Shown: positions 38,906 to 57,944, counted from the stretch's first letter. The stretch: DNA of 64,000 bases from the human T2T-CHM13v2.0 reference genome, Homo sapiens (GCF_009914755.1 NC_060947.1), one strand, 5' to 3'. The notes: a model not told the origin generated them from the letters alone. Program-made: numbers and translations.

Positions 38906-40685
38906 GGTATGTCCCCAAAGAAATAGATTGTCTCCATCATATGCACATTAACCCAACGAAATACTTTTGGAGCTCTGTAACACCCAAACTTGACTCACAA
39001 CACACATGAACACTGAACCACACAAATGAAACCTACACTACCCAGACATACCCATTGTTTGAAGACTTGCTGCAAAATACCCAGCCTTACGCCATGATAT
39101 ACAGACTTGGCCCATTGACCTATACCTACCTTGAATCACAGGGACTGATAGAGCAACACTCAGATGTGGCCCACAACCACAGATATGCCCTACCAAACAA
39201 CTTTTTGTCTTCATAACATGAAGGCTTACCTCACAGAACACAGAAAGGATGAACAACACAGACAAATCAGACAACGCAGAAACACATCCCATGACACCCA
39301 GACTTGCTGCACAGCATTCAGACTCACACTATGACACTCATACTCACTCAATAACACTGATTGCTTCACAACATACGCACATAGCCCAAAACACACAAAC
39401 ATCATCCACAACTAACAGACATGTCCTACAATACAGGGGCATGCCACACAATTCACAAACTTTTTCTACACTGCCAACACTTGTCTCACATAACACACAC
39501 AAATAAAAAAAAACCACAAAGACATGCTCCATAGCACCCAGACTCGCTTCACTACTTTCAGACTTACCTTATGGCACCCACACGTACCTTATATCATACA
39601 CATTTACCCTGCAACACTCAGCCTGGCCACAGAATATATTTACATGTCCATGCCCCACAACGCACGCACATGCCTTCCAACACATGGACACACCCAAAAT
39701 ACACAAACGTTTTACACGACATACACTGACCCCAAAGAATGGCATCATAATGCACAATTATAACCAACTCAGATCTACCCTACAGAACAAAGACTCACCT
39801 CCCATACTTATCACACAATTCCTAAATTTACACCAAACACTCACACTCATCCCAAAATGCATAAACCCACCCCAGAACACATGCAGCACAACACGTAGAT
39901 TTGCCCTCACTTAGAATAAATTCACAGCTCACACTTGTCACCCAATGGCCAGACACACCTTACAATGTACAGACAACTCTTTCACAACGTAGACATTGCC
40001 TAAGCAATGCACAGAATTCCATAACATCACGAGCTCTTCCTACAATGGCGACTTACCTCACAGCACCCCAGATTGCATCAGAGCAGACACTCCACCCAAG
40101 ATATACGGCTTCTTCCACACCTCCTGGATACACCTCACAATACAGAAACATGCCTTGTAAGATATAGATTTCTCAGAACCATGAAGTATTGCATAAGAAC
40201 TTATAAGCATTTCTCAAAACATATACTCCATAATTAATGGATACACAACATCTGCTCACATTCTCAAACACAGACTTGCCTTCCTCCCCATCACCCGCTG
40301 CCAGCATAGTCTTGTGCAGCAGGTCTAAGATGTACTGCAGAAAACAGACTTGCCCCACTCTGTATGGAGTTCTACCCAACTTTCAAATTCATTCTACAAT
40401 GCACGGACCTTCCCTCTTACCTATAGCATTATCCCACAATGCAGAGACTTACCCACAAAGCAAATGATTACCTCAGAATGCACAGAGCCACCAGACCTGC
40501 ACCCAAACACACAGACATGTACCACAACACCAAGAAACACTCCACAACATGCATATGAGCCCACATTGGTGTCTCCATAACTTCCACACTAACCACTCAA
40601 CACCTAGACCAACTTACTATGTCATACATGCTCCATGACATAAGACTCCCAGCACAGCCCATGGAACCCCGTCACAATGAACAAT

Positions 40686-40982
<297 letters not shown>

Positions 40983-41347
40983 TGAACAATTTTACCTCAC
41001 AGTGCAAAAATTCACAAAATGCCAAGACTTACCCCACAGCTAATCCAATATTACCGTAACACCTAAAGTTGCCTGAAGAGCCAGTCATGTACCAGAGTAC
41101 TACACATATTCCTCACAATGCCTACAGTGAACCTACAAGAAACTGACTTGCCCTGTATTGCTCATACTCACACCAGGACATGCCCTATAACCCACAGATA
41201 AGTTCCATAATGCAAAAATCTCCCTAACAATACACAGCCTCACTCTACAACAGACAATTATTCCACTATGAGAAGAAGAGATCCCAAATATCCAGCCTTA
41301 CCCATGAACTCACAGTCTTGCCACACCACATTAAGACATGTCTTACA

Positions 41348-41660
<313 letters not shown>

Positions 41661-43137
41661 CATGTTATCTTATAATGCACAAACTAACTCCACAGTACTT
41701 AGATACAACTTACAGAGGACACATGTACCCTATGACAGAAAGGTTTTCCTACAAACACAAAATTGCATTCTGATGCACAGATTTACCCCCAAATGCACAA
41801 AATCACTCTGCAATGCAAATGCCCCACAAAAAACCATGTGCCCCCCAACACCCAGAATTACCCCAGGACTCACAGACTTGCACCACAGGATCAAGACCTA
41901 CCCCATATTGTACGGATACGCTCCTCACCAGGCATGCCTTTTACAATGCAGCCTCACCCCACGAGGTACCCTTGACTGAAACCCTAGATACAGCCTACAG
42001 TGTACTTACCCCCACAACAACGTGGAAAACTTTCTAATGAAAGGTGTGTCCTTCAATGTACAAAATATCTTGCAAATTCATAGACATTCCCCACAGTCTC
42101 AGAATTGCCACATCATTTTCAGACTTTCTTCCAAATGCAGACTTACTCTAAAACACTTAGAATCAAATTAGACATACAGACTCAACCCATGTGAGATTCT
42201 CCCCACAGTGCACTAACGTGCTCCACAACACTCAGACTCTCCTAGAACACACAGAATCTCATCACAACCTCACACCACCCCACAACGCCAATAAGTGACC
42301 TACAAAACATAAAAATGTACGTGACAATTCACAACAAGCATCACAATGTACAGATTTGCCGCACAACACTGAGACACACACCCTGTCATCCACAGACACA
42401 TCCTATCACATGAAATCACCCCACAAAACAAGCCATCACACAACACAAAAACCCACAGTTCAAGACATGCTTAATTATAACTTGACATACCCCACAACAC
42501 ACAAAATTGCATTATAATGCAGGCTGACCTTGTAGCACACAGAGCGGTCCTATAGTATTATACAAACACAACCTTCGCCTGCACCCCAGAATTGCCTCTA
42601 ACCACCCACATTCTCTTTACAACACCAAGACACACCTCATATCACATCGAGAATCAGCCTGTATCATATAGTATTGCCCGAAAATGCACAGAATTGGACC
42701 GCAAGTTCCAGAAATGCCATACTAGGTGCAGACAGAGCCTCATTCCTGAGGGACTACCACCCTCAGAAAAAAAAACAAACCACAAACACATAGATTTCCT
42801 GTAACGCAGAGACACACTATAAAATGCAAAGATTGCCCCATCACATGGAGATTTACTATAGCTGTCCAGAATCAACCCATAAAATATATAGTCTCACCGC
42901 ATGACTTCAAGACATATCCCACAATATACAGACTGTCATGTATAGACCACAACACCTGGACATGCCCTACAATGTGAGGACATGATCCACACTCTGTAGA
43001 CTACCCGAGCACTGCATATAATTGAATCCAGAAAATCATAATCATAAAAGTCACAGCACCTAGAATCACTCCCACAAAGCATGCTCACCCCAAACCAGAT
43101 GCCGATGACCAACTGGGTCCATGCTTTATAGAGATAG

Positions 43138-43563
<426 letters not shown>

Positions 43564-44276
43564 TTTATATATGTCTCTTTTAATGTAGAGAACAGCCTCG
43601 CAGTGAAGACATGTATCCCACTTGGCACAGATCGGCACCACAAGAAACTCCCTCACAGGACCTACACTTCCCTATACTTTGAATAACCCACATACTTGAT
43701 CATCACCCACTTTCCTATCAGAACGACTCATGCCAAAACATAAAGCTCATTATTCCAAAACACATAGAACCAACTCCCAATGCAAAGAGACTTCCCTTGT
43801 AACAAAAAGATGTTCTCTGCCACACTGAGACTTACCTCACCTCACCAGACTTGACCCACAACATCTAGCCTTGCACCACTACACAGAGACATGTCATTTC
43901 ACCAAGAAACTAGCCCCAGAACACTCAGGCTTGCCTCATGGTCGTTATATACTCATACCTTAGACTCATATCATGATGCGGAAGAGGCATATACAGGGAA
44001 AATGTAATCCACAATGCACATGCTCAGTCCACAACGCATAGACTTGCCCCATATTTCACAGCTAGCTCCCATAATTCCCAGACTTGTTACACAATACTCG
44101 GAAGGCCTTACAACACCTAGAAAAAGCAGCATGATAGGTATGCTCACTCTAGAACATTCAGATTCACTTCATAAGGGACAAACTCAGTCAGTTACATTGA
44201 ATACCCAACACCATATTGTTTGCTCCACAGAATATGAGAGAGGGCCTACATGCTCACACAGAGCTTTGACAAGTGA

Positions 44277-44990
<714 letters not shown>

Positions 44991-45248
44991 TAATCTAACA
45001 AGCAAGAATGTACAGGCACAGACACCGACTCACACCCAATGCGTGAATATATGTATATTATGTACACATGGATACATAGACATGCAGAAGCTCACAGAGA
45101 TGAATATTTGCAAGCAGTAAACATAAGGACAAAACATGTCCACATGGACACAGATGCCATTTTGTATGCCTGGACTCGTGCAGAGATAAATACAGGTGAA
45201 TACAGATACAGTCCCACAAACTTACATATGTACACCTAGACATGGCTA

Positions 45249-45748
<500 letters not shown>

Positions 45749-46156
45749 CTACATCCTAAGCATGTAAGAGACATACACATATATCTATAGATAATACCTA
45801 CCTAAACACACTTTAGACATGCATATGTACATATAGACATCCACTGGCACACAAATGCACAGATGTACAGACTTGCACCCTCACGTGTCAACATACACAC
45901 ACGTTGGCATGCACATATCCACACTGTTCTACAAATCTATGTTCGTGACATACAAGTCCTAAATGCACATTGAATATATGTATATACACGTATACATGTG
46001 CCAGTGTAGGTATATGGATGCATTTATAGACTTAATCATGCCACAAACAGAAACAGATGTACACACGCACAGACATTAGAGACACATGCAATTTATACAT
46101 ATGAAAAGCAGAGACACCTAACCACGAAGAAGCACCTTTACAAAGGTGGCTATGAC

Positions 46157-46453
46157 TTTTTTTTTTTTTTCTGAGACAGAGTCTTGCTCTGTCATCCAGG
46201 CTGGAGTGCAGTGGCGTGATCTCAGCTCACTGTAACCTCCACCTCCCAGGTTCAAGCAGTTCTCTGCCTCAGCCTCCTAAGTAGCTGGGATTACTGGCAC
46301 CCACCACCACGCCTGGCTAATTTTTGTATTTTTAGTAGAGACGGGGTTTCACCATCTTAGCTAGGCTGGTCTCAAACTCCTGACCTCAGGTGATCCACCC
46401 GTCTTGGTCTCCCGAAGTGCTGGGATTACAGGCATGAGCCACTGCGCCCAGCC
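46157..46453 (-). mobile_element. AluS
   Basis: TSD ggct(a/g)tgactttt. Confidence 0.93.
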
Positions 46454-46799
46454 GAGGCTGTGACTTTTAACGTGTCCTTGTCTTAGTCTCTTCAAGAGAG
46501 AATGAAAATTATCAAGCTCCTGCTAAATACACTGTGTAAAAGTAGATGTGGACATTACCAGAAGGATCTCTAAAAGATTTTGAGTTCACATGTGAGTATG
46601 CACACACCTCACAAACCCACGTGCACATGCGCTTTCGCGTGCACAGAATCAGAGATATAGCATCACATGGAATCACAGAAATAGAAACATGTGCATAGCC
46701 ACATATAGAAAGATACATGGACAGACACACACCCCACTGAAATGTCAAACTGTAATATTTAAATGCATGTCTATTGAAGTTAAAAAAAAAAACCTGCAT

Positions 46800-46980
46800 T
46801 TTTATCCCAGCTCCATCACTTACTAGTTCAATGATTTGAGGTCATTTTCTTGTCTTCTCACCTGTAACATGAGAGTAATATTAGCACCTATCTTTTAGAG
46901 TTCTTTGAAGATGTAGTGAAATGAAGGGCTTAGCCCAGTGCTTAGAATGTCATAGATGTTGCTGCTTATTGCTGTTATCT
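46800..46980 (+). mobile_element. MIR
   Basis: atcccagctccatcacttactagtt...cacctgtaacatgagagtaatattagcacctatct. Confidence 0.65.
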
Positions 46981-47268
46981 TTTGGTTTTGGTACAAAGTG
47001 CTTAGCTAGATAGGATTTGGTTTTTGTGGTCAAACTGCATGATTATATCATAGAGATGTATTAATCAACTTTTTTTGTAAAGGTATTAATAAAGAATAAT
47101 TTATTAATGTAATATAGATTACATCCACAAACAAGGTCATTTCTGAAATTCTCAGCGGTGATAAGGGATTATTACTGTCTCTGGCAAATGGAAAGACCTG
47201 AAACAAATATTTCCTGCTAGTGTGGTTTGTTGTTATTACTGTCGTTAGTATTCTTTTCCTCTTTTCAG

Positions 47269-47355
47269 GAGGAGATGGAAGATTGAGAGCAGAGTGCAAG
47301 AATGGGAAGAGGGCTTCGTGCCCTGTGCACGTTTGCCACCTAGTGACCAAACTGA
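47269..47355 (+). other. Probable 87-nt internal exon (likely 5'UTR) of the unnamed host gene
   Basis: Strong acceptor ttcttttcctcttttcag|GAGGAG, donor CTGA|gtaagt; purine-rich ESE-like content. Confidence 0.7.
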
Positions 47356-48124
47356 GTAAGTACCGTATTTGTGGATTGCTCAGAAACGTCCCTAAAACTT
47401 CACTCATTGCAAGGTTGTGTAACCACCCTGGTGAATAAGCACGTATACATCAAGTTATAGCGATTTCTGCTACATATGTAGAAATTTTTAAAAAGTCATA
47501 AAATAAAAAGAAATCTTTCTCTCTAACTTTTCCCCCTGCCGTCCCAAATTTCCCCGTGGAATTCATTGAGACCGTGTTCTATAGCAGTGATCTTTGTACT
47601 TTCTAATTATTTACCACCTAACATCATTTTGGAAAATGGTCTACTCCATCACACATCTTGAAGTGAACACCTGAAATTTCTTATCATAAATTTAAGTATT
47701 TGTAACATATTTCCAGCATATTATGAATACTCCGACTTTTAAATAAATTGGTTTCATCAAATTTTTGCATGCAATGAAATAAAAATACCATACCCATTTG
47801 ATATTCATAATTGTTGATTTAAAAAAACATGAACAAGGTCTTCTTTAGCAGTCAGAAATTTTACGTAATGTTTCTATCTCCTTGAACTTGCCATTCCATT
47901 CAACTTCCCTCACATAATGTATAATAATGAATACATTTTCAATATTTAAAGGCCCCTTATTCGTCACCTTACCATACATGCCTGCAAAAAGTATACAAGA
48001 ATTGAAAAAAAATTTCTGTGACTCTATGCCTCAAAAGATTAAAATTTTTATCATAAATTTATTAGTAGTACACAATCAGAAGAACTTAAAATATTACACA
48101 TTTGGTAAGTAATCAGTAAAATGA

Positions 48125-48454
<330 letters not shown>

Positions 48455-48877
48455 AAAATACATCTCTTAAGTGAATATGATTTTATTTTCCCCAAACTAA
48501 TTTTTGAATCGGAGAATGACTCTTACTTATTTCTAATGAGCCAGACTTCAGTTCCTGTCCTTCATTTTTATAGATAAAAGAACTCAGAAAATTTTGTTCC
48601 CATAAATAATCATGTAGTGACCTGTCATCAAAAATAATTTTTAATGATTAAAAAAATTTTAACTAAATTTTTGATGTTTAACAGACAACTTGATTAGACC
48701 CATCTTTAATTCTGTGAAAGCAAAGAAACCCTCTGATTTACTAAAGGATTTGTTGTTCAGTCACTTTTTTTCTGTTTCTGGGAAGTTTACTAAAATGGCT
48801 TTCCCCAAATTTATTACATAACTATTATATGTTATATTTTCATTTGAGGCATTATTTAAAATTCATTATACACATAA

Positions 48878-49273
<396 letters not shown>

Positions 49274-49775
49274 TAAATATAAGAACTTGAGGCTACAGAT
49301 TTGAATTAACAATTTTATAGGAAATATTCATAATTTATTTGGCAAAGGCAGTATTCATATAAAAATAATCAACAAAATCAGATTTACTTTCAGAAAAAGT
49401 GTCTGACTTCATTTTTCAAGGAAAAAATATTAATATACGTTTTGAGGTGCATTATTAAAACCATGGATAAATCAATTATGGAGCACCTTGTTAAATAACT
49501 AGCAAAGTAAATATCATATTAAAATAAATATGAGGCTTTTATCCACTTCAAAATAAATTAAGAAATTAAATAATAACTTTGTTTCTGATATATAATTTTA
49601 AATTAAACAATGTAGTATGTGGTTACCATTATAAGTCATACATGAAACAAGGAATCTGAAGGTAGGCAGAATTTCTCATGTAAATATGTATGTATGTGTT
49701 TTTAGAACATTGGAGTTGAATTTCTTGGAATAATTGACTAAGAATAGCATATACATTTTTTTTTCAAATCCATAA

Positions 49776-50124
<349 letters not shown>

Positions 50125-50244
50125 AGTATCAAACTTTTTAACGATATTTTATGAAAGAGTCTAAAAAATACTTGCTAAATATAAAACTAGCATATCATTT
50201 TATTTTTGATAATAGGAGGTAGAAAGTATAAAGGTTATTTATAA

Positions 50245-50670
<426 letters not shown>

Positions 50671-50699
50671 TAATTTCTGAAATAAATTACATAATTTCT

Positions 50700-51390
50700 T
50701 ATTTAATTTTTAACTTTTTAAATAATTTTGATACATTTGTACATACTTATGAGGTACATGTGAAATTTTGTTACATGCCTAGAATTTGTAATGATCAGGT
50801 CAAGGTATTTAGGGTAGCTATCACCTGAGTATTTATCATTTCTCTGTGTTAGGTACATTTCAGCTCCTCTCGTCTAGCCATTCTGAAAAACACAATGCAT
50901 TGTTGTTACCTATAGTCACCTTACTATGCTATCCAACACTAGAACTTATTCCTTCTATTTAACTGTGTGTTCGTATCAATTAATAAGCCTCTCTTCATCC
51001 CTCCCCTCCTGCCTATACAGCCTTCCCAGTCTCTGGTGTCTATTATTCTACTCTCTACCTCCATGAGATCAACTTTTTTAGCTCCCACATATGAGTGAGA
51101 ATATGTACTGTTTGTCTTTTTGTGCCTGGTTTATTTTACTTAAGATAATGACTTCCAGTTCCATCCATGTTGCTGCAAATGATAGGATTTCATTCCTTTT
51201 TATGACCCAGTAGTATTCCATGGTTTATATGTACCACGTTTTCTTTATCCATTCATCTGTGGATGGACACTTAGGTTGATTCCATATCTTTGCTATTGTG
51301 AATAGTGCTGCAATAAACATGGGAGTGCATGTATCTCTTTGATATATTAATTTCTATTCCTTTAGGTAAATACCCAGTGGTGGTATTGCC
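50700..51390 (-). mobile_element. L1MA 3' end
   Basis: ccatgagatcaactttttagctcccacatatgagtgagaat...ttgctgcaaatgataggatttcattcc. Confidence 0.85.
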
Positions 51391-51954
51391 CATTTCTATA
51401 CATAAGTTTTACCAAAGTCTAAATATTTTTTAGTACTAGAATACAGTCCAATTGTGTTGAAAAGAATCAGTGTCAGCAATATATACTGCAACTAGTTAGG
51501 AGATGCTCTTTTTTTTCCCAGTTGATGACACACGTTTGTGATTAATGTTGAGAATAGATGGAAAATAATGCTTAATTTTAAGCATGTGGGAAAAAATGGT
51601 GTTCTTAGGTAGATTCATTTTAAGAGAGAATACACGTAAGAGTTGAGCACCTGAAAGTGGATTCATTGATACTGTTCCTACTCACATACTTCTTGAAAAG
51701 AATTTGTGTAACAGTAGCCTAGTGTGAAGACCACCGTTCTAGTCTGTCTCCTGCAAGATTGTTCCAGAACAATATATTGTTGTAATTGTTGGAATAACCC
51801 ATTTATTGTAGTTTATGTTCACAACCATGCAATGGAAGTAGTTGTCACTTTTGAATTTCTGCCAGATGCTTCTGTGAGTGATCATGTTTGAGCAAAATGT
51901 CCTGGAAGGGATGTTTTTGTTTTGTTGATAAATACATATTTTGACTAAACTTGT

Positions 51955-52260
51955 TTTGTCCAGTTTGGGAGCCACAATCACATGTGGCTATTTAACATTT
52001 AAAATGTGGCTAGTACAAACAGATATGCTGTAAGTATAGAATACATACTGGATTTCAAGGACAGGACACATAAAGTATTTCACTAATATTTTATGTTAAT
52101 TACATGTTGAAATAATATTTTGATGATATAGAATTAAATAGTACATTTCACTAAAATTAATTTTACCTGATTTTTAGACTTTTAAAAAATGTTGCAACAA
52201 GAAAATTTAAAATTACTTGTGAAGCTCACATTGTATATATTATATGACAGTGCTGGTCTA
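51955..52260. mobile_element. MER33-like hAT-Charlie element
   Basis: agccacaatcacatgtggctatttaa...gctcacattgtatatattatatgacagtgctggtcta. Confidence 0.65.
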
Positions 52261-52596
52261 AAGTTTATATTGGAAATCTCTCTAAGTTTCCCTAAAACCA
52301 CTTCTATGGAAAAAATTGATTTTCCACTAATCTGGTTCAGTATACTGCTATTCTGATGTAACGTGTGCCTTTTACTAGTTTTTGGGTTTCCATATTGGGG
52401 GATTTTTAGTAGTAAGCAAGAAAAAGTTTAAAAAGTAATATTCCAGTAAGAATATTGGAAAAAACATCTATTAGTACCTAGACGCTTTCCCATATGAACT
52501 TTGAAAGGCTTCTTGGTGGTTACATGTGAAGCTTTTCAGACTCTTCATAATTCCAGTGGTGGATAATGCATTCTATTGAAGACATGAAGTATTTAA

Positions 52597-52908
<312 letters not shown>

Positions 52909-54042
52909 CACATGTGAAACTTTTTTATGTAATTATTTTTATGTAACATTAAGAGAAAAATACACTTCCAGATAAACTATGATGTAATGCTTTCATATTC
53001 ATAGAATTTTAATTTTATACTTACTAATGAGCTCTTTTAGACTTATTTAGATATATATTTTTATTATGTATCATGATATAACAACAGCCGTGACCAAATT
53101 TGAGCATAAACAGACAATGTCTACCCCTATTCAACCACCTTCTGGCCCACAGTGACTGTAAAATTCCATTGATTATAAGATCCATTCTGATTTCAGTAAT
53201 ATGAAGTGTGATTAAAAAAAAATATGCATCCTAGAATTGATTAAATACACCAAGTCATTTATCAAGAGAAAAGGATCATGGAGGGCAGAAAGTCAAACTG
53301 GAAGACATTGGCCTAATGAAAACACCTTTTCTATATATTATCGTATTTACAAAACTTAAAATGTGATTCTCTTTAAAATTTTATCAGAGTCCTCTTAAAT
53401 AACATTTCATTATACATCTCCTCATAATTGGTATTTCATGGTTTTCCTGGCATTCTGTTCTTTGTTTCCTGGTTTGGAAGTGGGAGGGCTAGGGAAGAAT
53501 GGTGACATGTGGGGCCAGGGCTGGGACAGACCAGATCTCTCCAGACTGAAAAGGTCTAGTACCTCCATTGGGAGAACTGCTTAGCACTGTCTTGTGTGAA
53601 GCTATGACTTCAATGACTCTGTTTTTCTTCATAAGTAAGCTGACAGATGGAGTTCTCCTCGTCAAGGCTTAGTTTAGTCTTAACATAATCAGTATACCTT
53701 TTCTTGACTGAAGGGTCTAAGAAGGGAAGGAATGAAGATTGAGCAGCTTCTCTAGTTTTTGTTTTATATTATATTTGGGAGGTCAGCAGGATGCATCAAA
53801 ATTTCACAGGAAGTACATTATCTCAAGAATCAATAACATAAAATCGAGATTTGTCAACCAGGAATTATGGCACATCCCTGATTCTAATGATACTCTTGAT
53901 GATATGAGATTTACAAGAAGTAACAAAGTGAATGTTTTTTTTTTGCAACGAGAAGAATAAGAGAACCAATGACCTGTTTTCTCTCTTGTCCCTACAGTGA
54001 AACCTTACATTAAGACTTAGGTATTTCTTGAGGGTTTAGAAG

Positions 54043-54215
54043 CAAGGCCAACTTCATGAGCAAAAGGGGCTTTTGCACAGGGCCCCTTGCTTACAAAGGT
54101 TCCATACTTGGCTTAATGCTCTGCTGTCACTGTCTTGAAATTCTTAATAATTTTTGAAAAAGGGGCCCCACATTTTCATTTTGCACTAGGCCCCACCAAT
54201 TATGTAGCTGATTCC
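54043..54215. mobile_element. MER91-like hAT-Tip100 element
   Basis: ttaatgctctgctgtcactgtcttgaaattcttaataatttttgaaaaaggggccccacattttcattttgcactaggcccc. Confidence 0.7.
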
Positions 54216-56224
54216 ATTCAAAAGGAGATACTTGCCAGTGAACAATTAACTGAAGATGCAAAATAAAATTAGAAGCATTCCTCATGTGCACTGAATTCTT
54301 GCTGTCAGCTCATAACATAGGATTCATAAGCTATTATTGCTGCTATTGTGTTGTTAGGAATCATAGTTGTAGAACAGGGGTAGTTAGTACAACTCAACAG
54401 TACCTTATATTGACTCCTTATTTTTCCATGATACAACCTGGGGCATCTTCTGTGTTTCTAGTTTCTCATCTATAAAATGTCTGTGACATTACACTTGCCC
54501 TGCTTAACCCCAGATAAGGCAATTGTTAGAATCAAATTGAAATTCCAGTGAAAGTACATTGTGACCTGCAACAGTTGAAACAGTAAAGGTTGAAACAGAT
54601 GTAAAAGATGATTTATTCCTCTCTAGAGCTTGGAGCCTACGTGGCAAGCACCAGCCAGGGGCTCTAGGGATCTGAATTAGACTCAGTAGTGAGGCTGCTC
54701 TGACCCATGAATACAGAGTAAATATTCCAGTGGGTACTAGAGCCAGGAAATCATGCCTTTAAAATTTCAAGAGTCCAACCAGGGCATCCCACTGTTGTCA
54801 AAAGGGCTGGGTTGAGGCACCTGGATGCAAATTGCAGAAATGCACATAGGGTTAGAGGGTTTGGAAGAGAGAAGAGGAAGTGCAGCTTGAAGAGATCCTC
54901 TGAGCCACTGGGGCATGGTCACAAGCACTTGTCTTGGACACCAAGATGAAGGAGGGAATGGCCAAGGGTGCCCGCCATCTCAGACTAACAGAAGTTTTCC
55001 TGTTACCCAGAAGAGAATTGTATTCAGAGCTGCCATTACCTGAGTAAGGAAAGGACTCTTTTGTCTCTATTGTATGAGGGAACTCATTTTCTTGGTTGTA
55101 AAGGGGAATAGCTCATAATAGAGACCTTGGGGAAGTCAGGAAATACCAGATGGCTCCAAATGCAAGAATGCCTATAGATGATTGCCTTCTGTAGTACATC
55201 CTGAGGTCTTAAACAATTACAGCATCTTGCTATGAAATGCAATGGACAGAGGTGAAAGTAGCAGTTCAGATGAGGCCACAGAAAATGCCAGTTGAAAGAT
55301 GATTTGCAAATAATCTTGGCAATGCTTTTTCTCACTGATGGGAGATGGCGAACAACAGTTTGCTTTATTTCACACTGTCCCTTCGGCATTGCTGGCAAAA
55401 TGGGCAGTGTGCTCCTCCCTGTCTCTCAGCTCTCATCAGTCCCAGGTAATCAACTTAATTTAACCTCACTGCATCTTTGTAGGGAACTTCTAATCTATCT
55501 TTACAGTAAATAGACTGAATATATTGGTTACATCTTACCTAAAGAAAGCTTTCCCAGGGGCACTTTGTTTTGCAAAAGTTTATTGGAAAATTTTTGTGTA
55601 AGTTGGATTATGGTTAAAATTATTGAGTGGAGCTTATTAAAAGGTTTTGTGCTGAATATCTTGAAAAACCACCAATTGCACCTGATATATATTTTTTAAT
55701 ATGTAGGGCTCTTAGCTTGATTAGTGTAGGGTACACTCTTGGGATTTCTATGAGAGAGGAAGGTCAAAATCTTCAAGTAAGTGACTTTCCTATTGGCAAA
55801 GTGAGGATTATTAATTCACGGTTAATTTGAGCTTTGCTCTTAGATTTGTACATTGAATCCAGGGTACTCAAAAGCGGACAGAAACACTTTTATTTTTCCT
55901 GCATCCCCCCAGGTAGATCCAAGTAGACAACTTTTTAACTTTCCTTTTTCTGTACTATATTTTGCCCTACTGAAATGTGGTCTCTTTTGCAAGTACATAA
56001 AAAAAATCAAACTACTTAAATCCCCTAAAGAGAGAGTATGCATTCAGGCAGTGATTCTATATCCTGAGATTTGTTCATATTCATGTAGGCAGAAAATTCC
56101 GGCACGACAACAAGGTATCCCTCTAAAATACGTATATGGAAAGCAATTAGTGTGACTTTGAGCTGACAAAACACTCGGTGAATAGCAGAAAGAATATTTC
56201 TTGGTAAGGCCTTATGGTAGAAGG

Positions 56225-56228
<4 letters not shown>

Positions 56229-56271
<43 letters not shown>

Positions 56272-56328
56272 GGAAGGAAGGAAGGAAAGGAAAGGAAAAG
56301 GGAAAGGGAAAGGGAAAAGAAAAGAAAG
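56229..56328. repeat. ~100-bp pure purine tract: (GA)n, (GGAA)5, (GGAAA/GGGAAA)n
   Basis: Seen directly. Confidence 0.95.
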
Positions 56329-56329
56329 T

Positions 56330-56687
<358 letters not shown>

Positions 56688-57944
56688 TTATTAGGTCATT
56701 TTGATTAGACAGGGACACGCAGATGAGAGACGGAGAAGTAACAGGAAGTTTTGACAAACTTCGACACTTGGAATCAGGGCTTAAGGATGATAGCCGCAAG
56801 CTTATCAGCTTCTGCAGTAAGAGAGTTTTTTTATGTTTATTCTGCTTTAATTGCACAGTAGTGAGACAATCCCTTTCTACCCTGAATAGTAATGCATTTC
56901 ACTTGTCCAACTTTATATTACCCAATATGAGTTGCGTGTGAATTTTTACAAAAAAAAAGGTAAAGACAGCCTTCCCAACTAATGATACAGTTATAAGACA
57001 TTAAAATATTTGCACAGAGAAAGCAAGAAAATCTTTATTATGGGGCTTGCACAGAGTCTAGTTAATCTGGCAGTATTCATGTACCATATTGTGAAGATAC
57101 AAGCACGTGACCCTGCGAGCAGTTACATCAATAGTCATTTTGAAGGATTTTTGCTGTTAGGTACAGGGAAGCCTTCCCCAAAAGAAAGTCGAGAGGCTTT
57201 CCCTCCACCTCCTCCTCTTGACCTTGGAGTTGCTAAAATTTTTAGGTGTTGCTACTGACTGTGTAGACCTGGGAATATCAGAAATTGCTGAAATTGTTTC
57301 TTGTACGTGCAGAAAGAAGGATAGGAATGTAGTATTTTAGGAGTGAGCATTCATGAAAAGGCTGTTTCCTGGCTAAAATGATACAGTATATTTGGTTGCA
57401 TATTTCTGTTGGGAAATGAGGAAGAGGGGTTTATTGCATTGTGTCAGAATGCAAGGGTAAGGTAGGTAGGAGTATTTGCATCATTTTGATTTTTTTGCAC
57501 CTGAGTTTGTACACTAGGTTCAGGCTGCCACAAGGGCTGCAAACCTGGCAAACCAATAGCAAAGAGCCAACTTCTGATCTGTTACTGGTTCAGATCAGAG
57601 ACTTCCAGCTGCTTCACAACTTGGCTTGGGGAGGATGAGTCACAATCTAGATCAGTTAGGGAGATAGGAGGTAAAGATGTGGTTGGACATCTGCATTTGT
57701 GGTAAAGAGAGCTTGAGCATTACTTCTAAACCTGTGCATTTTGAGAGGCTTTCATCACAAAGGAGCCCACAGAGGGGAGTTGATTGCTGTGCAGAGGTCT
57801 TGGTTCAAGCATAAAGATGCTTGTATGTGAGAAGCTGGTAGTGGGAAACATTCTCTGGAGGGCTTTGTGAGCTAGATGGATGATTGTCATCTGTGCAGGT
57901 GCCTATAGGTAAATTAGGTCAAGCCCAGCTCTAGTTTGGATTAG

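Noticed and set aside
47220-47438. 72-aa ORF spanning the 87-nt exon
   Set aside because: It reads through both splice sites from a non-ATG start, and I recognise no protein family; no host gene symbol assigned.
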